This document shows positions 41,632 through 53,164 of a DNA stretch of 64,000 nucleotides, piece after piece (positions within the stretch are counted from its first letter, which is position 1; every line of letters starts with the position of its first letter). This DNA is from an uncultured cyanobacterium (GTDB lineage: Bacteria; Cyanobacteriota; Cyanobacteriia; Cyanobacteriales; Nostocaceae). The stretch covers positions 128,001 to 192,000 of the forward strand of contig CAVUDP010000003.1 in NCBI GenBank assembly GCA_963740315.1, written 5' to 3'. The translations under genes were made by a program, and so were the position numbers. The notes below the pieces were generated by a model. The model was not told where the DNA came from, ran no database searches, and saw only the letters and a list, made by a program, of their open reading frames with translations.

Positions 41632-43542
41632 TCAAACTACGGCGGATGGTTGATTGCTAAAGAAAGCTTTTAAGACTCTTTGAGCAATTTGGGGACTAGT
41701 TAAACCCAATTCCGCTTTGCTTTCATCGGGTTTTGCATGATCCACTAAAATATCCGGTACGCCGATACGTTTAATAGGTACCAAAATATCGGCATCTAAT
41801 AGCGCTTCGGCAACTGCGGAACCAAAACCGCCCATTAAACAACCTTCTTCTAAGGTGACAACGCGCCCTATTTTAAGAGCTAGGGGGAACATTAGTTCCG
41901 TATCCAAAGGTTTACAGAAACGAGCATTGATTACGGTGGCTTCGATACCATGTTCGCTGAGAATCTCCGCTGCTTGCAACGTAGAATTCACCATCGAACC
42001 GTAGCCGATCATTAATACGTCGTCGCCGTTACGGAGAATTTCACCTTTACCAATTTCCAAAGGTTCCCAACCTTCTTCCATCAAAGGAACGCCATAACCG
42101 TTACCGCGAGGGAAACGCATGGCGATCGGTCCTTTGGTATAGTTAACACCCGTTACCGTCATTCGCTGAAGTTCGGCTTCATCTTTGGGTGCCATCATCA
42201 CCATATTCGGAATGCAGCGCATATAAGCAATATCGTACATTCCCTGGTGGGTAGGACCATCATCACCAACGATTCCCGCTCGATCTAGACAGAAGAATAC
42301 GGGTAATTTTTGGATGCAAACGTCATGAATTATTTGGTCGTAGCCGCGCTGCAAAAATGTAGAATAAATATCGGCAACGGGACACATACCTTCAGCAGCT
42401 AATCCAGCGGCGAGGGTAACTGCGTGTTGTTCGGCAATTCCTACATCTATATATTGATCGGGTAACTTAGCTTGCAGTTTATCCAAACAAGTTCCCGTAG
42501 CCATTGCGGCGGTGATACCGATAATTTTCGGGTTTTGTTCGGCAAGTTTTACTAAAGTATGAGCAAAAACTTTCGAGTACTTCGGTGGTTTGGGCTTACT
42601 CGAAGGAACCGCTTTACCCGTTGTTAAATTAAACGGAGTTTGGGCGTGATAGCCTACTTTATCTTTCTCAGCGAGATCGTAACCTTTACCCTTTGTCGTC
42701 GCTACATGAACTAAAACGGGTCCGGGTATTTTATGCGCTTGCTTGAAAGTCGCAATCAAATCTTCCAAATTATGACCGTCAACAGGTCCCATGTAGGTAA
42801 AGCCGAGTTCTTCAAATACAGCCCCTACCTTGGGAACCGCTAACCGCTTCATTCCTTCTTTGATGCGTTCGAGTTCTGGTGGTATCGAATCTCCTCCAAC
42901 AAAAGGAAGTTGCTTTAGCTGTTCCTCAAAATTATCTTTGATAAACTGCATCGGCGGAGACAACCGCATTTTATTTAAATAGCGGGGGATTGCGCCGACG
43001 TTCGGAGATATTGACATTTCGTTGTCGTTGAGGACAACTAATAAATTAGTATTGGGCAAATGTCCGGCGTGGTTGATAGCTTCCAAAGCCATACCGCCAG
43101 TTAATGCCCCATCGCCGATAATCGCAGCAACTTTAAAATTTTCTCCTTTCATATCTCGTGCTAAAGCCATTCCTAGCCCTGCCGAAATACTAGTAGAAGC
43201 GTGTCCAGCACCAAAATGGTCAAATTTGTTCTCGCAGCGCTTTAGATAGCCTGCGACTCCATCCTTTTGTCGTAAGGTGTGGAAATGATTGTAGCGTCCC
43301 GTAATCAATTTATGGGGATATGCTTGGTGTCCCACATCCCAAATAACTTTATCTCGATCTAAATCCAGGGTTTGATAAAGTCCTAATGTCAACTCAACAA
43401 CTCCCAACCCCGGACCAAGATGCCCGCCGGTAGCAGCTACCGTTTGTAAATGCTTGTCTCGAATTTGACGGGCAATCTGCTGTAGTTGCCGAATCGATAA
43501 CCCGTGCAACTGATTTGGATGAGTAATTTCACTCAGGTGCAT
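41632..43542 (-). CDS. dxs: 1-deoxy-D-xylulose-5-phosphate synthase
   Basis: [51 protein letters not shown]. Confidence 0.97.
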   Translation of the reverse strand: MHLSEITHPNQLHGLSIRQLQQIARQIRDKHLQTVAATGGHLGPGLGVVELTLGLYQTLDLDRDKVIWDVGHQAYPHKLITGRYNHFHTLRQKDGVAGYLKRCENKFDHFGAGHASTSISAGLGMALARDMKGENFKVAAIIGDGALTGGMALEAINHAGHLPNTNLLVVLNDNEMSISPNVGAIPRYLNKMRLSPPMQFIKDNFEEQLKQLPFVGGDSIPPELERIKEGMKRLAVPKVGAVFEELGFTYMGPVDGHNLEDLIATFKQAHKIPGPVLVHVATTKGKGYDLAEKDKVGYHAQTPFNLTTGKAVPSSKPKPPKYSKVFAHTLVKLAEQNPKIIGITAAMATGTCLDKLQAKLPDQYIDVGIAEQHAVTLAAGLAAEGMCPVADIYSTFLQRGYDQIIHDVCIQKLPVFFCLDRAGIVGDDGPTHQGMYDIAYMRCIPNMVMMAPKDEAELQRMTVTGVNYTKGPIAMRFPRGNGYGVPLMEEGWEPLEIGKGEILRNGDDVLMIGYGSMVNSTLQAAEILSEHGIEATVINARFCKPLDTELMFPLALKIGRVVTLEEGCLMGGFGSAVAEALLDADILVPIKRIGVPDILVDHAKPDESKAELGLTSPQIAQRVLKAFFSNQPSAVV

Positions 43543-44230
43543 ATTTACTGGGTTTTCCTCTCTACAATTATTTGTATACTGATTGTCCCACGGGAATGGG
43601 TAATTGGGGGGAATTATCGATGGAGAGACGGGGAAAATGTGGCAGAGGGGGGAGAGGGGGAAGAGGGGGAAGAGGGGGAAGAGGGGGAAAAGAAGGATAT
43701 TTAATTCAAGTAATTACGAATTATGAATTATATTGTCGGAAAATGAAGGTGTGGAAGGAATTTTAAGGAATAAAAGCGATAATTTGGCAGCATGGCAATT
43801 GTTTAAACACATAATTTGCGATCGCAACGCCGCATTTTGGCGATCGTTAAGTATTTATTTTTTTGCAATTTTTAATCCATAAATCTACTATAAAATCATG
43901 TAAGTAAGTCGGCAGAAAAAAATACAGCTATGTAACCAAATGTAAATTAGCTTCTTTTCGAGAACTCGCTTGCGCGTCTATAAAACCTTATTCCTATTTC
44001 CTGCTTTCTTCTCCAGCATTACAATTTTCAACATCCATCTACTTATAGGACTTATAGGAATCCTCCGCAGATTTTTGTCCCTTCGTAGCGTGTCCCGAGG
44101 ACATAAAAGTATCAGTACATTTTCTATTCCCCGTTCCCCGTTTCCCGTTCCCTTCCTCAACGAATTATTTCAATATTCAAACCGGATTGCTATATAAAGT
44201 TTTTTCACAAAAATACAGCGTATTTCATAG

Positions 44231-44297
44231 TGAGGTACATCTGGACGGGCAGGGATGCCCATCCCACAAGAGTCTTGTAATACTAGGCTGTACCTCA
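44231..44297. repeat. Small palindromic element (TGAGGTACA...TGTACCTCA)
   Basis: 9-bp terminal inverted repeat enclosing a GGGCA-GGGA-TGCCC hairpin. Confidence 0.55.
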
Positions 44298-44403
44298 TTT
44301 ATATGCAAATCTCAAATGCTAGAAAATCGTAGCTAGAGAGTAATTACTGTTGATTTTGAAAACTTCAAAACCGCAGTTAGTAGAAAATACAAACGAGGGT
44401 GCA

Positions 44404-47400
44404 ATGAAAATTACCAACTTGAACGGTTTACGTAGTTTTAAGACAAAGATTCTACTAGCATCATGTATTAGTTTAAGCGTAACTTCAATCAGCCCTTGCT
44501 TTGCTCAAAGCAACATTGTACCGGATAGCACATTAGGTAGTGAAGCATCAAAAGTAAACAATAATGTGAATAATCCAGATGGTATTCCCAGCACCTTAAT
44601 TGAAGGAGGAGCCGAGCGTGGTCAAAATTTATTCCACAGTTTGCAAGAATTTAACGTCAATGAAGGGAGAGGAGCTTATTTTGTAGTTCCCAATGATATT
44701 CAAAATGTTTTAACAAGAGTCACGGGAAATAATGCTTCTTTAATAGAAGGAATTTTAGGGACGATATCAAATAGAAATTTCAATCCAACGAATGCCAATT
44801 TATTTTTAATTAACCCCAACGGAATTATTTTTGGGGAAAATGCCAGTTTAAATGTGAATGGTTCTTTTGTGGGGACAACTGCGAATGGAATCTCGTTTGG
44901 GGAACAAGGTTTTTTTAGTGCGACAAATCCCCAAGCACCACCTTTATTAACAGTCGATCCGGATGGGTTATTGTTTAATAAAATTAATCGAAATGCACGA
45001 ATTCAAAATAATTCAGTTGCAGACTCTGGAACAGATCCAGCAGGTTTTAACGTATTTGGTTTGCGGGTACCCGATGGTAAAAGTTTGCTGCTGCTGGGTG
45101 GTGATGTCAGCATGGATGGGGGAAAATTAAATGCTTATGGTGGACGAGTTGATTTGGGAGGATTAACTGAACCTGGAACTGTAGCGCTAGATGTAAGCAA
45201 TGATAATTTCAGCTTGGGATTTCCGGAGAATGTGATTCGTGGGGATGTATCGCTGACAAATCGAGCTTCTGTATCTGTAGTAGCCGATGGTGGGGGAGAT
45301 ATTGCAGTTAATGCTCGAAATGTAGACATTACAGGAGGAAGTTTTCTTTTCGCTGGTATTGGGCGAGGTTTGGGGACACCAGAAGCTCAAGCGGGAGATA
45401 TTATCATCAATGCTACTGATTTGGTCACATTTGATGGGGAAGATAAGAATGGAAGTCAAAGTGGGGCATACAGCAATGTGAATTCTGAAGCAGAAGGCGA
45501 TGCGGGGGGTGTGTCAATAACCACTGGCTCCCTTGAGGTTCTCAATGGTGCCGTAGTTGATGCCACCACCGTTGGAAAAGGAAATGCAGGCAATGTCACC
45601 ATTGAAGCCGATGATTTGGTCAAAATTGATGGCGAAACTAACCAGGGAAAGAACAGTGGGGCATTTAGTCAAGTACTTAGTGGAGCAGAAGGCGATGCGG
45701 GGGGTGTATCGATTACCACTGGCTCCCTTGAGGTTACTAATGGTGCCAAAGTGGCTGCCAGTACTTTTGGAAACGGAAATGCAGGCAGTGTCACCATTGA
45801 AGCCAATGATTTGGTCACATTTGATGGAGAAGATAAGAATGGAAGTCAAAGTGGGGCATACAGCAATGTGGATTTTGAAGCAGAAGGCGATGCGGGGGGT
45901 GTGTCAATAACCACTGGCTCCCTTGAGGTTCTCAATGGTGCCGTAGTTGATGCCACCACCGTTGGAAAAGGAAATGCAGGCAATGTCACCATTGAAGCCG
46001 ATGATTTGGTCAAAATTGATGGCGAAACTAACCAGGGAAAGATCGGTGGGGCATTTAGTCAAGTACTTAGTGGAGCAGAAGGCAAAGCGGGGGGTGTATC
46101 GATTACCACTGGCTCCCTTGAGGTTACTAATGGTGCCGAAGTGGCTGCCAGTACCTTTGGAAAAGGAAATGCAGGTAGTGTTAAGATTCATGCGACTGAT
46201 TTGGTCAAATTTGATGGCGAAACTCGTGATAGACGTGACAGTGGGGCATACAGCCGAGTATTTAGTGGAGCAGAAGGCGATGCAGGGGGTGTGTCAATTA
46301 CCACTGGTTCCCTTGAAGTTACCAATGGTGCTTTACTTAGTGCCAGTACCTTTGGGAAAGGAAATGCTGGCACTGTTGAGATTACTGCCAATGATTTAGT
46401 CAAATTTGATGGGGAAGGTAACGATAGATTTCCTAGTGGGGCATACAGCCGAGTACTTGATGGAGCAGAAGGCGATGCAGGGGGTGTGTCAATAACCACT
46501 CGCTACCTTGAGGTTCTCAATGGTGCCGTAGTTGATGCCACCACCTTTGGAAAAGGAAATGCAGGTACTGTTGAGATTCATGCGACTGATTTGGTCAAAT
46601 TTGATGGCGAAACTAACCAGGGAAAGAACAGTGGGGCATTTAGTGAAGTATTTAGTGGAGCAGAAGGCAAAGCGGGGGGTGTATCGATTACCACTGGCTC
46701 CCTTGAGGTTACTAATGGTGCCAAAGTGGCTGCCAGTACTTTTGGAAACGGAAATGCAGGCAGTGTTAAGATTCATGCGACTGATTTGGTCACATTTGAT
46801 GGGGAAGATAAGAATGGAAGTCAAAGTGGGGCATACAGCAATGTGAATTCTGAAGCAGAAGGCGATGCGGGGGGTGTGTCAATAACCACTGGCTCCCTTG
46901 AGGTTCTCAATGGTGCCGTAGTTGATGCCACCACCGTTGGAAAAGGAAATGCAGGCAATGTCACCATTGAAGCCGATGATTTGGTCAAAATTGATGGCGA
47001 AACTAACCAGGGAAAGATTGGTGGGGCATTTAGTCAAGTACTTAGTGGAGCAGAAGGCGATGCAGGGGGTGTATCGATTACCACTGGCTCCCTTGAGGTT
47101 ACTAATGGTGCCGAAGTGGCTGCCAGTACCTTTGGAAAAGGAAATGCAGGTAGTGTTAAGATTCATGCGACTGATTTGGTCAAATTTGATAGCGAAACTC
47201 GTGATAGACGTGACAGTGGGGCATACAGCCGAGTATTTAGTGGAGCAGAAGGCGATGCAGGGGGTGTGTCAATTACCACTGGTTCCCTTGAAGTTACCAA
47301 TGGTGCTTTACTTAGTGCCAGTACCTTTGGAAAAGGAAATGCTGGCACTGTTGAGATTACTGCCAATGATTTAGTTAAATTTGATGGGGAAGGTAACGAT

Positions 47401-48375
47401 AGATTTCCAAGTGGGGCATACAGCCGAGTACTTCGTGGAGCAGAAGGCACAGCGGGGGGTGTGTCAATAACCACTACTGGTTCCCTTGAAGTTCTCAATG
47501 GTGCCCAACTTAGCGCCAGTACCCTTGGTAAAGGAAACGGGGGAAATTTAACCGTTAATACTGATACCTTACAACTCAAAAATGATGGTATAATCGTAGC
47601 CCGAAGTAGGTCAGATTCGGGTATTGCAGGCAATATCGAAATCAAGGTAAAAAATAATTTCAACGCCGACAACGGACAAGTTATTACCTCATCAGAACGA
47701 ACCAGCGGAGGTAACATTGATATCACAGGCAAAAATATCATTCTCCGCAACGACAGCGATATTAGTACAACACTTGATTCAACACAAGGTAGTGGTGGTA
47801 ATATCACCCTTAATGCCAATGCCATAGTCGCTTTAGAAGACAGCGATATTCTCGCATTTGCAGCAGAAGGAAGGGGAGGTAATATTATCTTTAATACCCG
47901 TGCTTTTTTTAGTGAGCCGCTCTTTTCTTCCAGACCACAAAATGCTGAACCTCTTACAGCACAGGAGTTAAATCAATTAGAAGGTAACGAACGTGTAGAT
48001 GTTGATGCGAGTGGTAGCATTAGTTCTGGAACCATAACTGGTCAAACAGATCCCGGCTTTTTGCAAAACAGCTTCACACAATTACCACAGAATCAAATTA
48101 GTTCCGAAGCTTTGATTGCCAGTAGCTGCGTAGCCAGAAATAACAAAAGAAACGGTACTTATTATATTATTGGTAGTCAAGGTTTTCCCTATAGTCCGGG
48201 CGATCCAGTTCCTTCAAAATACTCAGCAATTGGAGTACAATCCGTACCAAATAACACTACATCTTCCACAAAACCTCGTCGTCGCTGGAAAATGGGCGAT
48301 CCTGTTGTCGAACCAACAGGGATGTACACTTTGGAGAATGGACGACGTATACTTAGTCGCGAGTGTGGAACTTAA
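44404..48375 (+). CDS. Filamentous haemagglutinin-family (TPS domain) exoprotein with eleven 65-aa repeats
   Basis: Signal peptide, I.PD.TLG, NLFHS..EFN, LFLINPNGIIFG; G.AG.V.I repeats. Confidence 0.92.
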   Translation: MKITNLNGLRSFKTKILLASCISLSVTSISPCFAQSNIVPDSTLGSEASKVNNNVNNPDGIPSTLIEGGAERGQNLFHSLQEFNVNEGRGAYFVVPNDIQNVLTRVTGNNASLIEGILGTISNRNFNPTNANLFLINPNGIIFGENASLNVNGSFVGTTANGISFGEQGFFSATNPQAPPLLTVDPDGLLFNKINRNARIQNNSVADSGTDPAGFNVFGLRVPDGKSLLLLGGDVSMDGGKLNAYGGRVDLGGLTEPGTVALDVSNDNFSLGFPENVIRGDVSLTNRASVSVVADGGGDIAVNARNVDITGGSFLFAGIGRGLGTPEAQAGDIIINATDLVTFDGEDKNGSQSGAYSNVNSEAEGDAGGVSITTGSLEVLNGAVVDATTVGKGNAGNVTIEADDLVKIDGETNQGKNSGAFSQVLSGAEGDAGGVSITTGSLEVTNGAKVAASTFGNGNAGSVTIEANDLVTFDGEDKNGSQSGAYSNVDFEAEGDAGGVSITTGSLEVLNGAVVDATTVGKGNAGNVTIEADDLVKIDGETNQGKIGGAFSQVLSGAEGKAGGVSITTGSLEVTNGAEVAASTFGKGNAGSVKIHATDLVKFDGETRDRRDSGAYSRVFSGAEGDAGGVSITTGSLEVTNGALLSASTFGKGNAGTVEITANDLVKFDGEGNDRFPSGAYSRVLDGAEGDAGGVSITTRYLEVLNGAVVDATTFGKGNAGTVEIHATDLVKFDGETNQGKNSGAFSEVFSGAEGKAGGVSITTGSLEVTNGAKVAASTFGNGNAGSVKIHATDLVTFDGEDKNGSQSGAYSNVNSEAEGDAGGVSITTGSLEVLNGAVVDATTVGKGNAGNVTIEADDLVKIDGETNQGKIGGAFSQVLSGAEGDAGGVSITTGSLEVTNGAEVAASTFGKGNAGSVKIHATDLVKFDSETRDRRDSGAYSRVFSGAEGDAGGVSITTGSLEVTNGALLSASTFGKGNAGTVEITANDLVKFDGEGNDRFPSGAYSRVLRGAEGTAGGVSITTTGSLEVLNGAQLSASTLGKGNGGNLTVNTDTLQLKNDGIIVARSRSDSGIAGNIEIKVKNNFNADNGQVITSSERTSGGNIDITGKNIILRNDSDISTTLDSTQGSGGNITLNANAIVALEDSDILAFAAEGRGGNIIFNTRAFFSEPLFSSRPQNAEPLTAQELNQLEGNERVDVDASGSISSGTITGQTDPGFLQNSFTQLPQNQISSEALIASSCVARNNKRNGTYYIIGSQGFPYSPGDPVPSKYSAIGVQSVPNNTTSSTKPRRRWKMGDPVVEPTGMYTLENGRRILSRECGT
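45418..47565 (+). repeat. 195-bp intragenic tandem repeat array with a 975-bp higher-order duplication
   Basis: Unit order A B A B C D B A B C D; shadow ORFs recur at +975 nt. Confidence 0.9.
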
Positions 48376-48394
48376 GAGTTTTTACGATTATCGG

Positions 48395-49144
48395 TCATAA
48401 TCCCGGTTGCGGATTTACCGAGCCTCCGGGAACTACTGGTGTATCCGGTTGTGCCTGCTGTCTTGACAAATATTGACTCAGCACATTAGCCATATCCCCA
48501 CGAGTCATGGGTTTAAGGGGAGAAAGTTGATTTTGCGCGGATTCGTCAACAAATCCTTCAGCTACAACTGTAGCGATCGCCTTTTTTGCCCAATTCGGAA
48601 TCGATTCTACATCTGAATATGGGGAAAGTATGTCAGCTACCGTATCATCGGAAAACTGAAACACACCGTAAGCTTGACCAAATATCGCCAAACCTTCGGC
48701 TCTGGTAACTCTTTGGTTGGGGAAGAACAAATTTCCGCGATAGCCTTTCATGATCTTTGTTTTCAAAACCGTTTGAATATCTTTGTATGCCCAATGGGAA
48801 GAAGGAACATCAGCTACTTGTACGTCTTGTGCTGGAAGATTTCTTTTATCCAGTCCAAAAGTTTTGACCATAATTGTGGCTAATTGAGCGCGACTCAACA
48901 ATCTTTCGGGGTGAAAGTTGCCATCGGAGTAGTTAGTCATTAATTTCGCCGTTACTACTCGTTCGATCGCCTGAGAAGATTGTGGTATTTGCGGTTGTTC
49001 TACGTTATTAAAATCGGGTAGTGGCAATTGCTTTTGCTCTTCCATGTTTACCAAACTAGGCTGTTCCGTGTTTTGAGCATAAGCAGCGATGGAAAAGCCT
49101 GGTATCAAAAAGATTAATGAAAGCGTAGCGATAAATTTGCCCAT
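48395..49144 (-). CDS. S-layer homology (SLH) domain protein
   Basis: Signal peptide; three SLH-like units (F.P...LSRAQ, DVP..HWA...F.PNQ.VTRAE, P..PMTRGD). Confidence 0.88.
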   Translation of the reverse strand: MGKFIATLSLIFLIPGFSIAAYAQNTEQPSLVNMEEQKQLPLPDFNNVEQPQIPQSSQAIERVVTAKLMTNYSDGNFHPERLLSRAQLATIMVKTFGLDKRNLPAQDVQVADVPSSHWAYKDIQTVLKTKIMKGYRGNLFFPNQRVTRAEGLAIFGQAYGVFQFSDDTVADILSPYSDVESIPNWAKKAIATVVAEGFVDESAQNQLSPLKPMTRGDMANVLSQYLSRQQAQPDTPVVPGGSVNPQPGL

Positions 49145-49344
49145 GATTATAGTTTTCTGAAAATCTGAAAATGTTTCCAATTTTAACTGACAAAAAGGGT
49201 AACTCAGTAGTTTCTGAATTTAAGTAATATTCCTCAAATTAAATATCAAGATTGCGAATAGAAGCTATCAAATCAAGCCCCTTCACCGATACTATGGATT
49301 TATTGGAAGGCTTTTTATTAAAGTTTATTAAAGGAGTTTCGGGA

Positions 49345-50055
49345 ATGACCGCAACATCAGATCCTGTAAAGTTGATGAAGCAAGAAGTCGGTAAAGCAGC
49401 CGCAAATTTAGTTAAATCCGGTTCCATAGTCGGATTGGGAACGGGTTCAACCACCGCTTACACGATTCAATTTCTTGGCGATCGCATCAAATCTGGCGAG
49501 TTAAAAGATATCGTTGGTATCCCCACATCTTTTCAATCGGAAGTTTTAGCCAAGCAATATGGCGTACCTCTAACCACCTTAGACGCGATCGACCATATTG
49601 ATATTGCGATCGATGGTGCAGATGAAGTAGATCCCTCCAAAAACCTGATCAAAGGTGGTGGTGCTGCCCATACCCGCGAAAAAGTTGTAGATTATCTCGC
49701 CAATCAATTTATCGTAGTTGTCGATAGCGGCAAATTAGTCAGTCGTCTGGGTGAAACTTTCGCGGTTCCCGTAGAAATCATCCCAATGGCAATTACCCCC
49801 GCAATGCAAGCAATTACTAAACTCGGCGGTAAACCAGAAATACGCATGGGTGTAAAAAAAGCGGGACCTGTAATTACCGATCAAGGTAACATGGTAGTTG
49901 ATGTCACATTTGATAACATTACCGACCCAGAAAACTTAGAAAAAACACTTAATAATATTCCTGGTGTTTTAGAAAACGGTATCTTCGTTAATTGTGTAGA
50001 TAAAGTTTTAATTGGCGAAGTAAAAGATAATAAGCCTGTTGTTAGGGAAATGTAG
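49345..50055 (+). CDS. rpiA: Ribose-5-phosphate isomerase A
   Basis: GLGTGST, DGADEVD, IKGGGAA..REK, TDQGN. Confidence 0.96.
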   Translation: MTATSDPVKLMKQEVGKAAANLVKSGSIVGLGTGSTTAYTIQFLGDRIKSGELKDIVGIPTSFQSEVLAKQYGVPLTTLDAIDHIDIAIDGADEVDPSKNLIKGGGAAHTREKVVDYLANQFIVVVDSGKLVSRLGETFAVPVEIIPMAITPAMQAITKLGGKPEIRMGVKKAGPVITDQGNMVVDVTFDNITDPENLEKTLNNIPGVLENGIFVNCVDKVLIGEVKDNKPVVREM

Positions 50056-50148
50056 AATTGTTGGTTTTTAATTGTTAGTTGGTTGTTATAAATTTCACTT
50101 GCCTGGGGATGCAATTCCCAGGCTCATAGCTTAAGTTTATTAAAACTT

Positions 50149-50453
50149 ACATCTTGCACCAGTTGCAATAAGTAAGTCGGCGTTAAAAAAAACAAGGTAT
50201 GTCATTGCGAGTGGAACGGAGTGAAACGAAGCAATCGCAAGGGCTTGATAATTGTTTACATCCTGTTACATGATTCGGTTTATTTGTGCCGACTTACTTA
50301 ACCGCCTTGGAATAAATTCCCAGGCTCATATACAAAGTCTGATAAATCAGACTGAATAAGGCTTTTAGTACATTTTCAACGTACTTTGTTATTGGTTCCT
50401 TGAAATTGATTTCAAGGCGGGTTTGAGGGCTTGTTGCTCATGGTGCAAGATGT
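50149..50453. mobile_element. MITE with 13-bp TIR ACATCTTGCACCA
   Basis: Perfect TIR at 50149-50161 and 50441-50453; relative at 39351-39652. Confidence 0.8.
50169..50300. mobile_element. Nested MITE with ends TAAGTAAGTCGGC / GCCGACTTACTTA and TA duplication
   Basis: Perfect inverted ends; empty site visible in the 39351-39652 copy; lone end also near 43901. Confidence 0.8.
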
Positions 50454-50541
50454 GAATTAAATAGACTAGCAATATGGTAAATAAATAGCTGATTGTTTGA
50501 GAGTTGAATTGTAAAGTGCAGAATATAACTTTACTATCAAA

Positions 50542-50871
50542 TTATCGATTATTTTTCTTAAATCCATTTCCGTAAACAACCACCTCTACACCACCATTAA
50601 CTACCATTGGATTAGAAATTTTTACGCCAATCGCTCCATCGTAGCCACGTTCAAGTGCTTTTTTCTCTAAATCTTCTAATGCGGTATTTACTGCCTGTTC
50701 AATCAACTTTTCGTAATGTTTCATTCTTCCACCTGTTAAATTGCGAATGTTTTCCCGAACATCATTAACAACATTAGCTGCTCTAACAACAACAACAGTC
50801 AATAATTCACCAATCTCAATTTCAGGTTTCTGTAAAGAATCTAGAGAATCTAAGCTAATTAAGTTTTTCAT
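50542..50871 (-). CDS. YbjQ/UPF0145-like (heavy-metal-binding) protein
   Basis: V.AANV..D....IRN..GG....YE......A...L...A...G.DG.IGV......EV.VYG. Confidence 0.78.
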   Translation of the reverse strand: MKNLISLDSLDSLQKPEIEIGELLTVVVVRAANVVNDVRENIRNLTGGRMKHYEKLIEQAVNTALEDLEKKALERGYDGAIGVKISNPMVVNGGVEVVVYGNGFKKNNR

Positions 50872-52682
50872 GTATTTACCTCAGTATTTTTGGGTTTGAA
50901 ATATTTTCGGAATTGTTGGTAAAGCAGAATTGCTAATACCGCAAGCAGGGAAATAATTATGATTAGTAAAGCTACAGGGGTACCATACTTATTCGTAAAT
51001 AACTGCCAGGAAATACTACCTACGAACACCTTCAACATTGCATTAAAAATTGAAGTTTGATTCTTCGGCGTTTCCCAGAATTTAATTGCAGCATTCATAT
51101 TACTGCTGTTAATGATATCAGTCATAACATCCGAATTATTGACTATTGAAGGATTGCTATTCAGCAAAAACTTTACCAGTTGATTAATCTGGGGTTGCTT
51201 TAATTCTCTCAAGTAACCGGCTAAGTTTTGCAAATCATTTGCTGTCAATTTATCAGCCAAAGACAACAAATTATGTTTGGATATGGTTAATAAATTGCGG
51301 ATAGAGTCAATATCTAATAACGAAATTTTGGCGATCGCCATACTATCTTAAAGGGATATAATCTCTATGACTAGTTGACGATCTAAATCTTGAGGAGATA
51401 AATTTTTATAAATCTCCAGTTCAACTACATCTTTTATTTGATTACCCGCTAAATTTGCCCACTCTACCATTCTGGGTAAGCTGTGAGTATTTTCGAGGAT
51501 TTTGTAACTAATTTCTGGTAAAGAAAGCGCTTGTTCAAATCTACCGTCTTGAATAGATGTTACCAGTTGACTGCGACCTGTACTATTTAAAGTAGTATCT
51601 AACAGCAAGGATATTTTAGATAAATCTGTTGTTTTAGCAAGAATTGATTTAAACTATGGTAATTCTTCTGCTAAACTCAGGGTTTCACGATAATCTTTTT
51701 GGAAATCTAGCCATTTTGCATAAATATCATTAGATAATTCCCTTGCAATTTGGGGAGATTCAGCGCGAATCTGTTCTTCAACTGTATTGGTAATTTTTTC
51801 TTTAAAGATTTGCTTTACTTCTGGTGATTTGAGAGATTTCTTAATTTCTGGTAAGGCTCCATCCAGACTTTGATAAATATCATTAGCTATCATCAAAGCA
51901 CCAACTGTTTCACCAACAAATGGAATAACAGCACTTCCGATACGTCCTAAAATTCTTTCACCGATTTGTGAAAAGATTCTAGTACCAATTGTTTTAGCAA
52001 TTCTTCTGCCTGTGATGCTTAAAGCAAGAACTGTACCTCCTGCAAATCCAAATTTATGACGATTAATAAAATTGGTGTTGGGTTCTAAAGAAGCATTAGA
52101 TTCTTGTGAATCTGGTACTGAGGCATTAATTTTTTGACTGAAGATATCGACAAATGTCTGCGAATATTGTTTATTTACAAACTTTTGCAGACAATCGATA
52201 GCATAAGATGAGGAATTTGCAGACGCAAGCTCCAATTTATCTGAGATTTCTGAAGCTACGTTTTGGGATACTTGATTAAATTTGCTTTTTAACGCTGGTG
52301 AGTTAAATGCAATTTCTGTTACTTGATTAGTTAACTCTTCTGTTTTAGAAGATGACCAGCTACTTTTAAATTTATTGATTAAATTAGTATTCTCCGAAAT
52401 TGCATCCACAGCTTTATCAATTTCAGAATCCATCGCTGAATCAACATTCAAACTAAGCCATTGTCGATTTACAATTTCTCCGAAGTTAATGGTTGTTTCG
52501 TCAGCAATAAACTCTTCTAAAATACGGTTTAAATCTACCCGCAGTTGTGGCTGACTAATTTCTTTACACTTGGGAAGAATATAATCTGTATTTTGCATTG
52601 GCGCTGCAAAAACACTTGTAGGATTAAGTGTAAAACAGAATATGAGAATAAATAATATGATTTTTTTTATTGGGTTTAGCAT
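50868..52682 (-). pseudogene. ~604-codon secreted/membrane hypothetical gene broken by two in-frame stops
   Basis: ORFs 51654-52682, 51348-51608 and 50868-51341 share one frame, separated only by TAG (51654-51656) and TAA (51348-51350). Confidence 0.8.
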
Positions 52683-53164
52683 AGAATTTAAATACGCTTT
52701 TGTTTAACTATCTTGTTAATTATAAAGTCAGATTTAATATTGTCTCTACGCATAATTACGGTAAAAGATACAGAATTTATCTACATAATTTTGCTGAATT
52801 AAACTTTTCGGAAATAGTATTTATAGTTTATTTTATTAATAATGGTTCTTTAGTACTTGTTATGCTAAAGCATTAAGTTAAAGCAGAAAAAACTATGAAT
52901 AGTTTTACCAAAATATAGTTTTAAGGAACCGATACTGGAAACCATAATAAACCCGCGCAGGCGGTGAATCTAGTTGGCGGTGTCGGTTTCCGTCCCGCCA
53001 AACTAGTGAACCCGGAGGGGTTTTGCTTGTGTAGCAGCGGTAACAAAGCGCCAGGTATCCCTGGGAATTGCATTTTCAGATGGATTTCCTACACGTAAAT
53101 CCCCATCTATACTAGTTATTATTAACTTTAGCTAAGACTTTATTCTTAAATTCTAATTTCCCCA

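Noticed and set aside
43504..44197. Short ORFs between dxs and the haemagglutinin gene, and ORF 55213-55515
   Set aside because: Derived from simple repeats and degenerate MITE sequence; no protein motifs
45135..47825. Recurrent alternative-frame ORFs inside the haemagglutinin gene
   Set aside because: Shadows of the 195-bp repeat
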